From a virus, in the IMG/VR virus record IMGVR_UViG_3300001688_000312: a stretch of 64,000 nt of DNA; one strand, written 5' to 3'. The notes under the pieces are model-generated. The model made no database searches and was not told the origin of the DNA. It saw only the letters and a list, made by a program, of their open reading frames with translations. The first letter of the stretch is position 1. Each line of letters opens with the position of its first letter. Below are positions 10,550-19,985 of the stretch, piece after piece. The translations under genes and the position numbers were made by a program.

Positions 10550-10783
10550 TTAGATTATTGGGTGTAAACCGTTTCGTGTTAGTTCTCGGTTTCGGTTCTT
10601 TATTTTCTCTTGGGCAGCCCATCTAGCTAGCTCGGTTGGATGACGCTTATAGTATTCGATTTGTTCTCGGATTATTTGTTCTTCTGTTAAGTGTGCTTCT
10701 AGTTCGTTAAAGAAGTTTTTTGCTTCTGGGTTCTTAAATTCGGTGTTTAATAGTAGATTTACTCCAAATGTTTGTTGTGCCAT
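10550..10783 (-). CDS. small early protein
   Basis: minus-strand TATA and GAGGT RBS. Confidence 0.65.
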   Translation of the reverse strand: MAQQTFGVNLLLNTEFKNPEAKNFFNELEAHLTEEQIIREQIEYYKRHPTELARWAAQEKIKNRNRELTRNGLHPII

Positions 10784-10910
10784 ATATCTTTACCTCTAAA
10801 ATACTATTATACATTATTATTATATAAACATAACTGTTTCGCATTTACCCCTAAACCGAAGTATTTATTAATGACAATGAATATATATTGAATATAAGAG
10901 GTTAAGACAA

Positions 10911-11351
10911 ATGGAAACAACTGGAAAATTCCTTAATGAAAAAGAAGTAGCTAAAGAACTAATGAAACTTTACGATATAGAAGCAACAGAGGATTATCCC
11001 GAAGAGGAAATAATAAGTAACATAGAAACATACCTTAACTTAGTGACTGAATACGGCGTAACATTCTATCGTGCTGTAGTTGAAGATGAAGAAATAATGA
11101 TATTCGAGGATAGTTCTGACGCTGAAGAGTATGCAAAGGCTATAGTAGCACGAGACCTAGAAGATGAGCCTAGTCTATTTAATAAGGATTGGCTTAAGGG
11201 ATTAATGAATGATACTATTGAAGGTGAAAGTTTTATAGAACATGCAGCACAGGATGCTGTTGACATTGATGGTGTTGCACATTTCTTAGCTACATATGAC
11301 GGTGATGAGAGAGAAACAGAAAGCGGATTCATGGTTTACCGTACAAACTAA
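10911..11351 (+). CDS. highly acidic phage-type early protein
   Basis: about a quarter D/E; C-terminal DG.AHFL..YDG.E...YR.N motif; promoter-RBS cassette. Confidence 0.75.
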   Translation: METTGKFLNEKEVAKELMKLYDIEATEDYPEEEIISNIETYLNLVTEYGVTFYRAVVEDEEIMIFEDSSDAEEYAKAIVARDLEDEPSLFNKDWLKGLMNDTIEGESFIEHAAQDAVDIDGVAHFLATYDGDERETESGFMVYRTN

Positions 11352-11404
11352 ATAGTAAGGTTTATATTTACCCTTACCCTATATATTTTTGAGGTTAAGA
11401 CGGA

Positions 11405-11890
11405 ATGAAAAATGTTGAATACGAAATACAGAACTTTATAGCTCAATTGATTTCATTCGGTAGTGGCGATATTAGAGCAGCTATTGAAGCAGCCGTTGAA
11501 GCTGGTAAAGATGGCGATTGGGCAGCCGAACAGGTTGAGGACTACGTTAAAAATACAGATATGCAACTTAAAGATATAGACCCCGTTTACGTAGTTTTTG
11601 ACGCACTGTTACAGGAAGCACGTTACGACATAGAGGACTTAATAGGTAAAGACATACTTAACGACACTAACAGCCAAGTTGAGGTTTATGCTAATTTTAT
11701 GTGTACCTCACTGGACTATACTGAAGAGGCACAAAAAGAACTTAAAGCTATAATGCTGAAAGTACCTAGAAAAGACTTTACTGAGGCTATGGTGTGGTTA
11801 TGGGATAACGCTGAACTTGAAGACGTAACAGTTGAAGAGGAAAAAGAGGAAGAAAAGACGGAAGAAGTTAAGGAAGAAACTAAAGAGTAA
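11405..11890 (+). CDS. highly acidic early protein
   Basis: promoter-RBS cassette; D/E-rich with EK-rich tail. Confidence 0.75.
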   Translation: MKNVEYEIQNFIAQLISFGSGDIRAAIEAAVEAGKDGDWAAEQVEDYVKNTDMQLKDIDPVYVVFDALLQEARYDIEDLIGKDILNDTNSQVEVYANFMCTSLDYTEEAQKELKAIMLKVPRKDFTEAMVWLWDNAELEDVTVEEEKEEEKTEEVKEETKE

Positions 11891-11938
11891 ACCTTATATA
11901 TTACTCTCCTATATTATTCTTTTGAGGTTAAGACTAAG

Positions 11939-12160
11939 ATGCAGCATTTAGGTAATATCGACAATAAAGAAACAGCTTATAGGGAAGCTGAAAAATTAGC
12001 TAAAGAGAAAAATAAAACTATTGTAATAGAGAAAGCTAAACGTAAAGAAGGTGTACATAAATATACGACTTATAGAGGCTGGCTTATCTCTAGCAGTGCA
12101 GTGGCTAAAGTTATCACTATGGAAGAGTGGCGACAACTACCAGCCGAACAGCAACATTAA
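11939..12160 (+). CDS. small basic early protein
   Basis: promoter-RBS cassette. Confidence 0.65.
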   Translation: MQHLGNIDNKETAYREAEKLAKEKNKTIVIEKAKRKEGVHKYTTYRGWLISSSAVAKVITMEEWRQLPAEQQH

Positions 12161-12204
12161 TATATTTCCCCTTTATTATATGGTAAGTAAGAGGTTAAAG
12201 ACAT

Positions 12205-12759
12205 ATGCATGAAATTAAAACTATACCTGAACAGAAAATAACCGTGTACAAATTTGAAGAACTTTCACAGGAAGCAAAATATAAAGCTATGGCTGATTAC
12301 ATGCAACATGCAGACGTTGACACAGACTTCTTGAATGACGAATTCGTTGAAGACCTATCAGCTATAGGTATATATGCCGACAAAAAAGAGCTTAATTGGG
12401 AAGCTGAACGTGGAAGAGAATGGTGGTTTGCCATATGGAAAGGTGGAAGCGTTGAAGATGTCCGTAAATTCCTTAAATACTGCAAAGTTGACCTACGTTC
12501 TAAACGTGCTAGGGATTTACTTAAAGGCGAAGAGTACCTTTTAATTGAAACGCAACATTTCGCTTGTGCTAGAGCAGAAAATTATATCACTATGGGCTGT
12601 GAACAGCAGGATGATTTAACCAAATGTTTAGAGGATAAATATCATGAATTCCTTAACAGAATCGAAGGCGAACGGGAATACATTAATAGCGAAGAATACT
12701 TTAAGGACTTATGTGACGCTAACGAATGCCGTTTCTTAGAAAATGGTGAAATGGTTTAA
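12205..12759 (+). CDS. conserved phage-type hypothetical protein
   Basis: VY.F.ELS.EAK.KA N-terminus and EY..S.E......AN...F.ENG C-terminus, typical of a widespread phage early family. Confidence 0.7.
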   Translation: MHEIKTIPEQKITVYKFEELSQEAKYKAMADYMQHADVDTDFLNDEFVEDLSAIGIYADKKELNWEAERGREWWFAIWKGGSVEDVRKFLKYCKVDLRSKRARDLLKGEEYLLIETQHFACARAENYITMGCEQQDDLTKCLEDKYHEFLNRIEGEREYINSEEYFKDLCDANECRFLENGEMV

Positions 12760-12812
12760 ACAATACCCTTATATACTTCTTTCTTTATTATTATCTATTG
12801 AGGTTAAGACGT

Positions 12813-13220
12813 ATGGCAAAAATAACAAGATATGTAACTACAACTTTCGAAGAAGAAGTTCCTAAAACTTTAGCATCATTTAAAAATTGGGAATTCAGTA
12901 GTGGCGTATACACTGGCGAAGACTTTAAAGTATTTACTAGACTCTTTAAAAACCACATTAAAAAATTAATGTCTAACGCAAACTTAGTAAACTTTAGCCC
13001 TAACCACTATACCTTTAGCGGATTCTTTGAATTGAACGGTAAATACGTTTACTTTTCAATATCTGACGTTCGATTCTTTAAAAACCAATGGTATAATCAC
13101 ATACTTATACGTACTGCTACATCTATTACTGATTATACAGGTGGTTCTAATTGCTATACATCTCTAGAAGACTTTGCAGAAAACATTAATAAATTGCTAA
13201 AATACCCCCTACCCCTATAG
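12813..13220 (+). CDS. conserved phage-type hypothetical protein
   Basis: HY.FSGF...YVYFSISDVRFF...ILIRTA...DYTGG.N; start moved to ATG 12813. Confidence 0.7.
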   Translation: MAKITRYVTTTFEEEVPKTLASFKNWEFSSGVYTGEDFKVFTRLFKNHIKKLMSNANLVNFSPNHYTFSGFFELNGKYVYFSISDVRFFKNQWYNHILIRTATSITDYTGGSNCYTSLEDFAENINKLLKYPLPL

Positions 13221-13562
13221 AAATTCACATAAAAACATGGTGACTTGAAAAAATGTGTGATGAAACCACTTTATTAAGTATAGAAGATATTAAGTTATGT
13301 AAAACGGCATTAACGTTTTATTGTGTATATGGAGATGATAAAGATAAAATATTTAGTATGCGTGACTTAAGGAACTATTTAACAAGGCGTATAACGGATT
13401 TAGAGAAGCGGTAATTAAATAATATAAACGAAATTTAATTAACCTATCTTTTATTTCTATATTATTTTGTTATAAAAATTTATATTTATTTTATTTATAT
13501 AGATGCCCTATGTAGATGATGTATGTAGTCTTACGATACAGTCGTGACTCTTACTATTCCAA

Positions 13563-13684
13563 AGGTATATAAACCTTTCTGTAGGTGACCTATATATAAA
13601 CCTTTCGGTCTAGCCCTATATATACCTTTCGGTAAGCCACATATATAAGTTTTACGGTTATGCCTCTTTATATACCTTTCGGTC
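13563..13684 (-). promoter_or_regulatory. second tandem BRE-TATA array (5 copies)
   Basis: minus-strand consensus ACCGAAAGGT(T/A)TATA at ~24-28 bp spacing. Confidence 0.75.
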
Positions 13685-13805
13685 ACTAAGTTATCACTTC
13701 CATAAGAGAACACAATAACAGCATATTATATAAACTTATCATAAACCAATATTAAACGATATATTTATATAATACTAGCCTATACTGTACAGATAGGTTA
13801 AAGAC

Positions 13806-14117
13806 ATGCAAACAAATAAAGTTAGCTTAAAAAAACTTCAATCCCTAATAGCTGTTACTGATGCAAAATTTAACTTAGCTACGCCACAACAGCAACAAAT
13901 AGTAAAAGAAAACTTTAATAAAATTTCACCTCAAGAAATAGCTAGTTTCCAACAACTAAAAAGTATAGCCCAAATTAACGGATTATTTGACTTGGAAACA
14001 TCTATGTTCATATATGACGCATTAAATAATTGGGAGAAACAAACATTAGGCACAAAATATATATTGCAAGTGTTACATGCCGATTTGCTTAAAAAGAAAT
14101 TAAAAGGCACTCTGTAA
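13806..14117 (+). CDS. hypothetical early protein
   Basis: TATA and AGGTTAAAGAC-ATG. Confidence 0.7.
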   Translation: MQTNKVSLKKLQSLIAVTDAKFNLATPQQQQIVKENFNKISPQEIASFQQLKSIAQINGLFDLETSMFIYDALNNWEKQTLGTKYILQVLHADLLKKKLKGTL

Positions 14118-14189
14118 TCTTCCTTTTTTATTAATACTTACGATATGGTTATCCATGCCTAAAAATGGTTTATTAAATAGCCCCCTTAT

Positions 14190-14270
14190 AAGGTTTTCGG
14201 TGCGTTTCTGTGGTGCGTGTACAAGTAATATACAGTTTACCTGAATTTTTTAAGCCAATACCTCCCACAT
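14190..14270 (-). ncRNA. putative small RNA unit 4 (3' end uncertain)
   Basis: TATA at ~14300-14293, predicted start ATGTGGGAGG, core ATATTACTTGTACACGCA shared with units 1-3. Confidence 0.4.
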
Positions 14271-14343
14271 ATAACTCTATAGACTTCGCCCTTTATATAT
14301 CTACCTATTGCGAACTTTGCGAAAAAATAGAAAAGTTTTGAGC

Positions 14344-14628
14344 TTAACGTTTAAGCTCTATTATGTTTGTGTCAAACTTTAAGGTTTCTCCCCTAAAGTC
14401 TACAAACCATACACCCTTTTTTTGGTACACATCGAAACCTAGATTAAATTGGTTACTAGCCTGATTCATGCGTGTTTTAGTTGTGTTCGTAAACCATCCA
14501 CCAGTATTTAGTATTATAACTTCACTGTTAAAGCTAACTACTGGCGTGTTATGGTAAAACACTTTAGTGAAGTTGTTTTCGGTCTTTATCGATGTTGCTA
14601 CACCTGATACTTTAAACATTTGTGGCAT
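14344..14628 (-). CDS. conserved phage-type hypothetical protein
   Basis: YH.T.VV...ILN.GGW.T.TTK.RMNQ motif; GAAGGTTAAAGAC RBS places start at 14628. Confidence 0.75.
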   Translation of the reverse strand: MPQMFKVSGVATSIKTENNFTKVFYHNTPVVSFNSEVIILNTGGWFTNTTKTRMNQASNQFNLGFDVYQKKGVWFVDFRGETLKFDTNIIELKR

Positions 14629-14756
14629 GTCTTTAACCTTCAATATCCATATAGTAATATGCCTTAATAAATATATCGGTTTACCCCTAAACACTTAATT
14701 AAATAGTTATGTTTAAATAGTATGGCGTATAGATAAGTTATTGAGGCTAAGATAAG

Positions 14757-15023
14757 TTGGACAAAATAAATCAAGATATAGCGCGCGAAATTTCAAACCT
14801 AATAAACGTTATGGGTATTGACCATAAAAAAGTAGCTAGACATTTAGCTAATGACCATCCGACATTGCAACAGACTTTTATGAATATTGCAGTGCAGTTT
14901 ATAAGGGAGATGTCCACAAAAACGTATGTAGACTTAAGGAACCAATATAGTGTTAAGTTAGCTAAAAAAATAATGGATAATTTAGAGTATGAAGATAAAG
15001 AAGGCATTTTGCCCCTTATCTAA
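14757..15023 (+). CDS. hypothetical early protein
   Basis: GAGG RBS, TTG start; H.TLQQ.F...D.RN motif. Confidence 0.65.
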   Translation: MDKINQDIAREISNLINVMGIDHKKVARHLANDHPTLQQTFMNIAVQFIREMSTKTYVDLRNQYSVKLAKKIMDNLEYEDKEGILPLI

Positions 15024-15280
15024 TTTATTTTTTTATAGCAATATATAAGATAGTATGTTGATGCATATATTTGAAGGTTAAAGGACTTGCAGAAAATAAC
15101 TAATAAAACACGTAATAAAGTTAACTCGAATTTGAAGTGCAAGGCACATTATCCTTTATGAAGGCATGCTGTGAAATATTTATGTTAAAGCATAACTGGT
15201 TTAACTTTAAATATATAATTGTCAAAGGCGAAACCTTAAATACTCCTATTCCTATAATATTTAAGTAGAAGGTTAAGATA

Positions 15281-15553
15281 ATGACAAATGAAGGTTTAAT
15301 TGGAGTACAAGTTGGAGTACCTTATAACGCTTGCTCAATATGTGTAGATGCCGTGATTGAATGGTTAAATGCACATAAAGATGAAATAAACAGTTACCTT
15401 AAAGAGAAGGCAAACGGCAAACTAGACGCTGATGAACGATACGAATTTATTCACCTAGTGCAAGAAGTTGGTAAGGTTAAAACGGATATAAAACAATCTG
15501 TAGCAAACGGCAAAATCGAAATTGAATCATACGCTTATATAAGTGACACATAA
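15281..15553 (+). CDS. hypothetical early protein
   Basis: promoter-RBS cassette. Confidence 0.65.
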   Translation: MTNEGLIGVQVGVPYNACSICVDAVIEWLNAHKDEINSYLKEKANGKLDADERYEFIHLVQEVGKVKTDIKQSVANGKIEIESYAYISDT

Positions 15554-15633
15554 ACCCCATTTTCTCCATGTACATTTCTGTACACGAACACTTATATACT
15601 AGTTTCGCCATATGGTAATTGAGGCAAAACGAC

Positions 15634-15819
15634 ATGGTAACTAAAAACGTATCTAAACTTTCAATAAAAGGAACACGAACAACAGCCGTTTATGGCTTCC
15701 AGAAACGCTACCAATGCGTCAATATGGCTGGTGAAATAACTGGTAGAAGTGGACATAGCAACAGCGTTTCACTTAAAGACATATTAGCGGCTGGTATAAA
15801 AAACAAAATACAAAACTAA
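15634..15819 (+). CDS. small basic early protein
   Basis: promoter-RBS cassette; start moved to ATG 15634. Confidence 0.6.
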   Translation: MVTKNVSKLSIKGTRTTAVYGFQKRYQCVNMAGEITGRSGHSNSVSLKDILAAGIKNKIQN

Positions 15820-15939
15820 ACCTTTTCTTATCTTAATATTTACTAAACCGTCATCCATGCGTCAAAATGGTATTTTATATAGGCACGAACGTTACAGGTA
15901 AGTATATATAGGGCGGTCTTATTATGTTACCAATGGTTA

Positions 15940-16027
15940 TCTAGACAGTAAAAAGTGTCTACGTGTTTAAAGGATGCGTGACCATGTAAAATTCCCTTCA
16001 CGGTTGCTGTAACTTTGCCTCTCACAT
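15940..16027 (-). ncRNA. putative small RNA unit 3
   Basis: TTTATATA at 16057-16050, predicted start ATGTGAGAGG, core CCGTGAAGG..AT.TTAC.TG...CGCA shared with unit 1, 3' hairpin TAGACA/TGTCTA. Confidence 0.45.
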
Positions 16028-16077
16028 TACACCTATAATAAGACGGCGATATATAAAGGTATCTAAAAAGGTTGGGC

Positions 16078-16278
16078 TTAAATTAAGCCTACATGTTTCT
16101 TTTGCCATTCGCTACCATTTGTTATTAGCCAACATAAAGCGTTTTCTAGATGGGCTTCAGATATAGCTTTTCCGTTTTGAGCATCCTTAATTAAATCCGT
16201 TATAATAACACTAGCTCTGCCAACTTGATAAGAGTAATTTGTTTTTATGTTATCTTCGCTTTTTAGGTTATCTTCCAT
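16078..16278 (-). CDS. small early protein
   Basis: minus-strand TATA and AGGTG RBS. Confidence 0.65.
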   Translation of the reverse strand: MEDNLKSEDNIKTNYSYQVGRASVIITDLIKDAQNGKAISEAHLENALCWLITNGSEWQKKHVGLI

Positions 16279-16633
16279 GTTCTTACACCTAAACCTATTA
16301 TGTTATAAGTGAGATATAAAGGTTGCTTATAGGAGAAATAAAGGATTATAGGAAACAGCTAGGGAATTTATCTATTATCTCTTCTAGGTTGTAGCCTTCT
16401 TTTAGCTCTATTAAGTTAAATTCTGCTATAAAGTCTTGTGGTTTTTGTGTAGTAAGTTTTATTTTACTTCTACCTTCGATAGATGTCTTAACTATCCAAA
16501 CTTTATTAACTGTGTTCATGTTTTAACCCTTAACAGACTAATATACATGCTACTTAATAAATATATCATTACCCTTAAGCTTATAGTTAAGTTTAAATAT
16601 AACCATGCTAATGTACTATTGAAGGTTAAGACA

Positions 16634-17080
16634 ATGAAAAAGCAAATAGTTAAGCCTAAATACTCATTAAGCTTAGAACTAGACTTCACTGGTTATGGCG
16701 GTTACTGGCATGGACACGGACATGCGCTAGATAATGATACATTAGCGTGTATTGTTGCACATGTTCGAGTTTCACCATATTATAAAGAAAAGAACGGCGA
16801 AATACTAGACCGTTTAATTTCTGAAGTTAACAGTCTAGAGTTAGACTTTCATGGAGAAGCGGAAAATAACGAAGCCATGCAAGCCGAAATAAATAGCTTT
16901 TTGACTAATGAATTAATCAGAGAAGAGTTTAAAGGCTTGATGCGAAAAGGTGAACGAATGAACATGTTCTTTTTTGACGAAACGACACGACACATAAATG
17001 ACGGAGAAGAGATTGACCTAGAAAACGATGCGTCACCACAAGCAATATTTATATTGCATATAGTCAAAAATGAAGAGTAA
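16634..17080 (+). CDS. acidic hypothetical protein with HGHGH motif
   Basis: GAAGGTTAAGAC RBS places start at 16634 rather than 16436. Confidence 0.7.
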   Translation: MKKQIVKPKYSLSLELDFTGYGGYWHGHGHALDNDTLACIVAHVRVSPYYKEKNGEILDRLISEVNSLELDFHGEAENNEAMQAEINSFLTNELIREEFKGLMRKGERMNMFFFDETTRHINDGEEIDLENDASPQAIFILHIVKNEE

Positions 17081-17157
17081 AATCTCTTTTTTTCTCTAAG
17101 TTCGCAACAGATAGGTATATAAGGAAGCGTGCTAATGTATTATTGAAGGTTAAAGAT

Positions 17158-17337
17158 ATGTATAAAATGTTAGAACCAGAATTAGGCAAACCTATTTATT
17201 GTGCAGAAAATACAAAAGATTTATTTGAATATATGGCGTTATGCAAGCGGCTGAATAAAGATATATTATTTGTCGATTTTGTATCCAATACAGTAAAAAT
17301 TCATGAAGGCTATTTTAAAAATCAATTAGAAGATTAA
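17158..17337 (+). CDS. small early protein
   Basis: promoter-RBS cassette. Confidence 0.6.
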   Translation: MYKMLEPELGKPIYCAENTKDLFEYMALCKRLNKDILFVDFVSNTVKIHEGYFKNQLED

Positions 17338-17385
17338 TAACCTTTATATATCCCTTTTTACATTACTATATTTGAGGAAAAAGAC

Positions 17386-17580
17386 ATGCAAAAATCAATA
17401 CCAAACAAAAACTTTGAAACTATTAACTCTAAATCATGCGTAAACCGAAAATCTGTTGCCCGTAGTGACGGGAACTGTCTAGCTTGCGGTGTATTCTCTA
17501 TAGGCGGAGACGTAGACGCTTGTCGAATATGTGAAAAGCAAGCATATAATAACCCAGACATAGCAATATGTCCTCTCTAA
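17386..17580 (+). CDS. Cys-rich small protein
   Basis: CLAC, CRIC; promoter-RBS cassette. Confidence 0.65.
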   Translation: MQKSIPNKNFETINSKSCVNRKSVARSDGNCLACGVFSIGGDVDACRICEKQAYNNPDIAICPL

Positions 17581-17742
17581 TTTTTGTGTAGGCTTACAAT
17601 AACCTTTTAATACTTGTTTTAATGGATTTCATTCTCCGACCATAAGTTAGCGCAATACTGCACAGTGATACAATGTACTAAAAACTTTGTGGTTTATTGA
17701 TTTAGATAATATGATTAAAAGAATAAAAAGGTTTTATTGGAT

Positions 17743-17873
17743 TCTTTTTGTTGTTCACGTTTTAATCCTCAATACTCTAATATCATAATAGTATATAAAT
17801 ATTTTATATATAATCTTTTTGTTGTTCATGTTTTAATCCTCAATACTCTAATATCATAATAATATATAAATAT
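17743..17873 (-). repeat. 60 bp tandem duplication of promoter-RBS-start
   Basis: 17743-17802 versus 17814-17873, two mismatches. Confidence 0.9.
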
Positions 17874-17953
17874 GTTGGTTTGCAATAGGTTTAAATACTT
17901 TGATAGTATTAATTATTAGCTGTTAATCATTAACTATATTAAGGTGTAAGATA

Positions 17954-18196
17954 TTGAACACAAATAAAGATAAAGATTATTCATCGTTAGAGGGCGAAAT
18001 CATAATAAGTGAAGAAATGCAAAAAGAATTGTCAAAAGGAGAATTATGTATTTCGGTAAATGAATTAATATTAAACAATGATACCATAACAATAATAACA
18101 GGAAAAGATGTTGTAAACTCTATAAAGCAATTCAAAGAAATTATAATAACAGATAATGAAGATAATAAAATAAAATTAGTGCAAAGAAAACTCTAA
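17954..18196 (+). CDS. hypothetical protein
   Basis: AGGTG RBS, TTG start. Confidence 0.55.
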   Translation: MNTNKDKDYSSLEGEIIISEEMQKELSKGELCISVNELILNNDTITIITGKDVVNSIKQFKEIIITDNEDNKIKLVQRKL

Positions 18197-18654
18197 ATAT
18201 TATCTATACATATAGTAGCTAAAACAGCTAAAAAATAGTTAATAATCTACTTATCAACATTATGATAATACCTTAACAACATCACTTAGTAACATTTAGT
18301 AATAATTACATATAATAAATAATAATTACACCTGTTAATAAAACTTTAATCGTTATCTTCTGCATGAGCGTAAAAGATGCCACGTTCGTCTAGGTCAATT
18401 ATATAAATATAGGTTGCCATATGGCTTACTTCCACATAGCTTTTAACGCTTGACTGTGTGTTGTGCCTTTAATGTTTTCTCTATTAACGTATTCTAACAT
18501 TACAGAGTTTTTGGTTGCCCGTTTATTATAGTTTTTTGTTGACATTTACCGTCTTAACCTCTAACAACCTAATATTAAAAGATACATATAAACATTACGT
18601 AAATAAGTAGGTTTATATATAAGGTTATATATTGTTAGTTTAGGGTTAAAGACA

Positions 18655-19011
18655 ATGACAGATAAAACTGTAACATGGGAACTTACAAACGCAAAAATAG
18701 AAGATTTACTGGAAACATTAAACCAAGTGTCCGATGATGTGGGATTAACTCAGAACCAATGCAGCCTTAAAGAAGAGTTATTAAACTTACTGCAACAACC
18801 AGCACAACCTAAACAGGAACCGCTTTTAGGTGTATTACAACAGTATGACAGTGAACGTAACAGTGGAACCTTAGAAGAGTTTAAAACATTCTCCGAAGCT
18901 GATACAGAGTTTAAGAGAAGAGAAACTGAAAATATTATGGAAGGCGACATCTTATATATGGTTAAGGTGCTACGTAAAACTACTATAGAAAAAGTTAGAA
19001 GGTTTTATTAA
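18655..19011 (+). CDS. hypothetical early protein
   Basis: TATA and AGGGTTAAAGAC RBS. Confidence 0.7.
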   Translation: MTDKTVTWELTNAKIEDLLETLNQVSDDVGLTQNQCSLKEELLNLLQQPAQPKQEPLLGVLQQYDSERNSGTLEEFKTFSEADTEFKRRETENIMEGDILYMVKVLRKTTIEKVRRFY

Positions 19012-19517
19012 CCAATAACCTTATATTCTCCTTTATTATATTGTAGTTATCAAGACATGAAATAAGAGGTTAAATGAAAATGCACGTTAGAGGTAGACAA
19101 ACAAACGATTATATAACACACGCTGAGAAACAGCTTAATACTCTTTCACGACAACTAAATTTTTGTCCTGTAGGTAGTGAAGAGGAAGCACGTATCTTAG
19201 ATAAGATGCAAACTATAGAGGAAAAAATCCCCTCTTAATTTTTGTGGTGAAACCTATGTTTGCAAGGGTAATAAATAAAAAGTTACCAAAAGAAGAGCAA
19301 CAAAAAATAGCAGAAATACATAATTACGCATGGACACATTAAAGGAATAAGCCTTAAATACTTCTTTTCTTTATTATGTATTTGTAGAGGCTCATAATTC
19401 AGGTGAACTGTAGATTACATGGACACGGACAATATTATTACACCGTAAACCTTAAATACTACTTCTCACGGCAAAGCTTATATATACTACCACGTATATC
19501 AATGTAGGGTTAAAGAT

Positions 19518-19691
19518 ATGAACACTCAAAGTCAAACAAAATTTAAAGAAGCATGGAATTCAGAAATCGATACTCTTACAGGTCTGTGGCACACAATCGA
19601 CAATAAAGCCGACATGGACAGAGTAAGAGCAATTCAAGCTGAACTTAAAGAAATCGTGGAACGTGCAGCCCAAACACTTCCACAATTCTAA
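19518..19691 (+). CDS. 57 aa helical protein (not in ORF track)
   Basis: MNTQSQTKFKEAW...; follows duplicated promoter-RBS block. Confidence 0.65.
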   Translation: MNTQSQTKFKEAWNSEIDTLTGLWHTIDNKADMDRVRAIQAELKEIVERAAQTLPQF

Positions 19692-19757
19692 ACTTTTTAC
19701 CCTTAAACGATAAGTATATAAGCAGCCGTGTGTATAGTGGTATCAAGGCGAAAAGAC

Positions 19758-19985
19758 ATGAACACCTGCAAAATATGTAAAAACCCATGCAAAAACACCC
19801 AAACCGTCCATGATGGATGTGTAACTAAGGAATATGCAAAAACCTTTAATGTTCCTGTAATCTGCACCCATGAAGGCTTAAAGCTAAAACAGAACTTAAG
19901 CAAAGACGAAATAGAGTACTGTTTACGATATGTGAACCAAGAAGCAGCGAACGAATTTAACAAAGAGATAGGCTTAACAGCCTAG
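19758..19985 (+). CDS. small Cys/His protein
   Basis: CKIC...HxxC; start moved to ATG 19758. Confidence 0.6.
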   Translation: MNTCKICKNPCKNTQTVHDGCVTKEYAKTFNVPVICTHEGLKLKQNLSKDEIEYCLRYVNQEAANEFNKEIGLTA

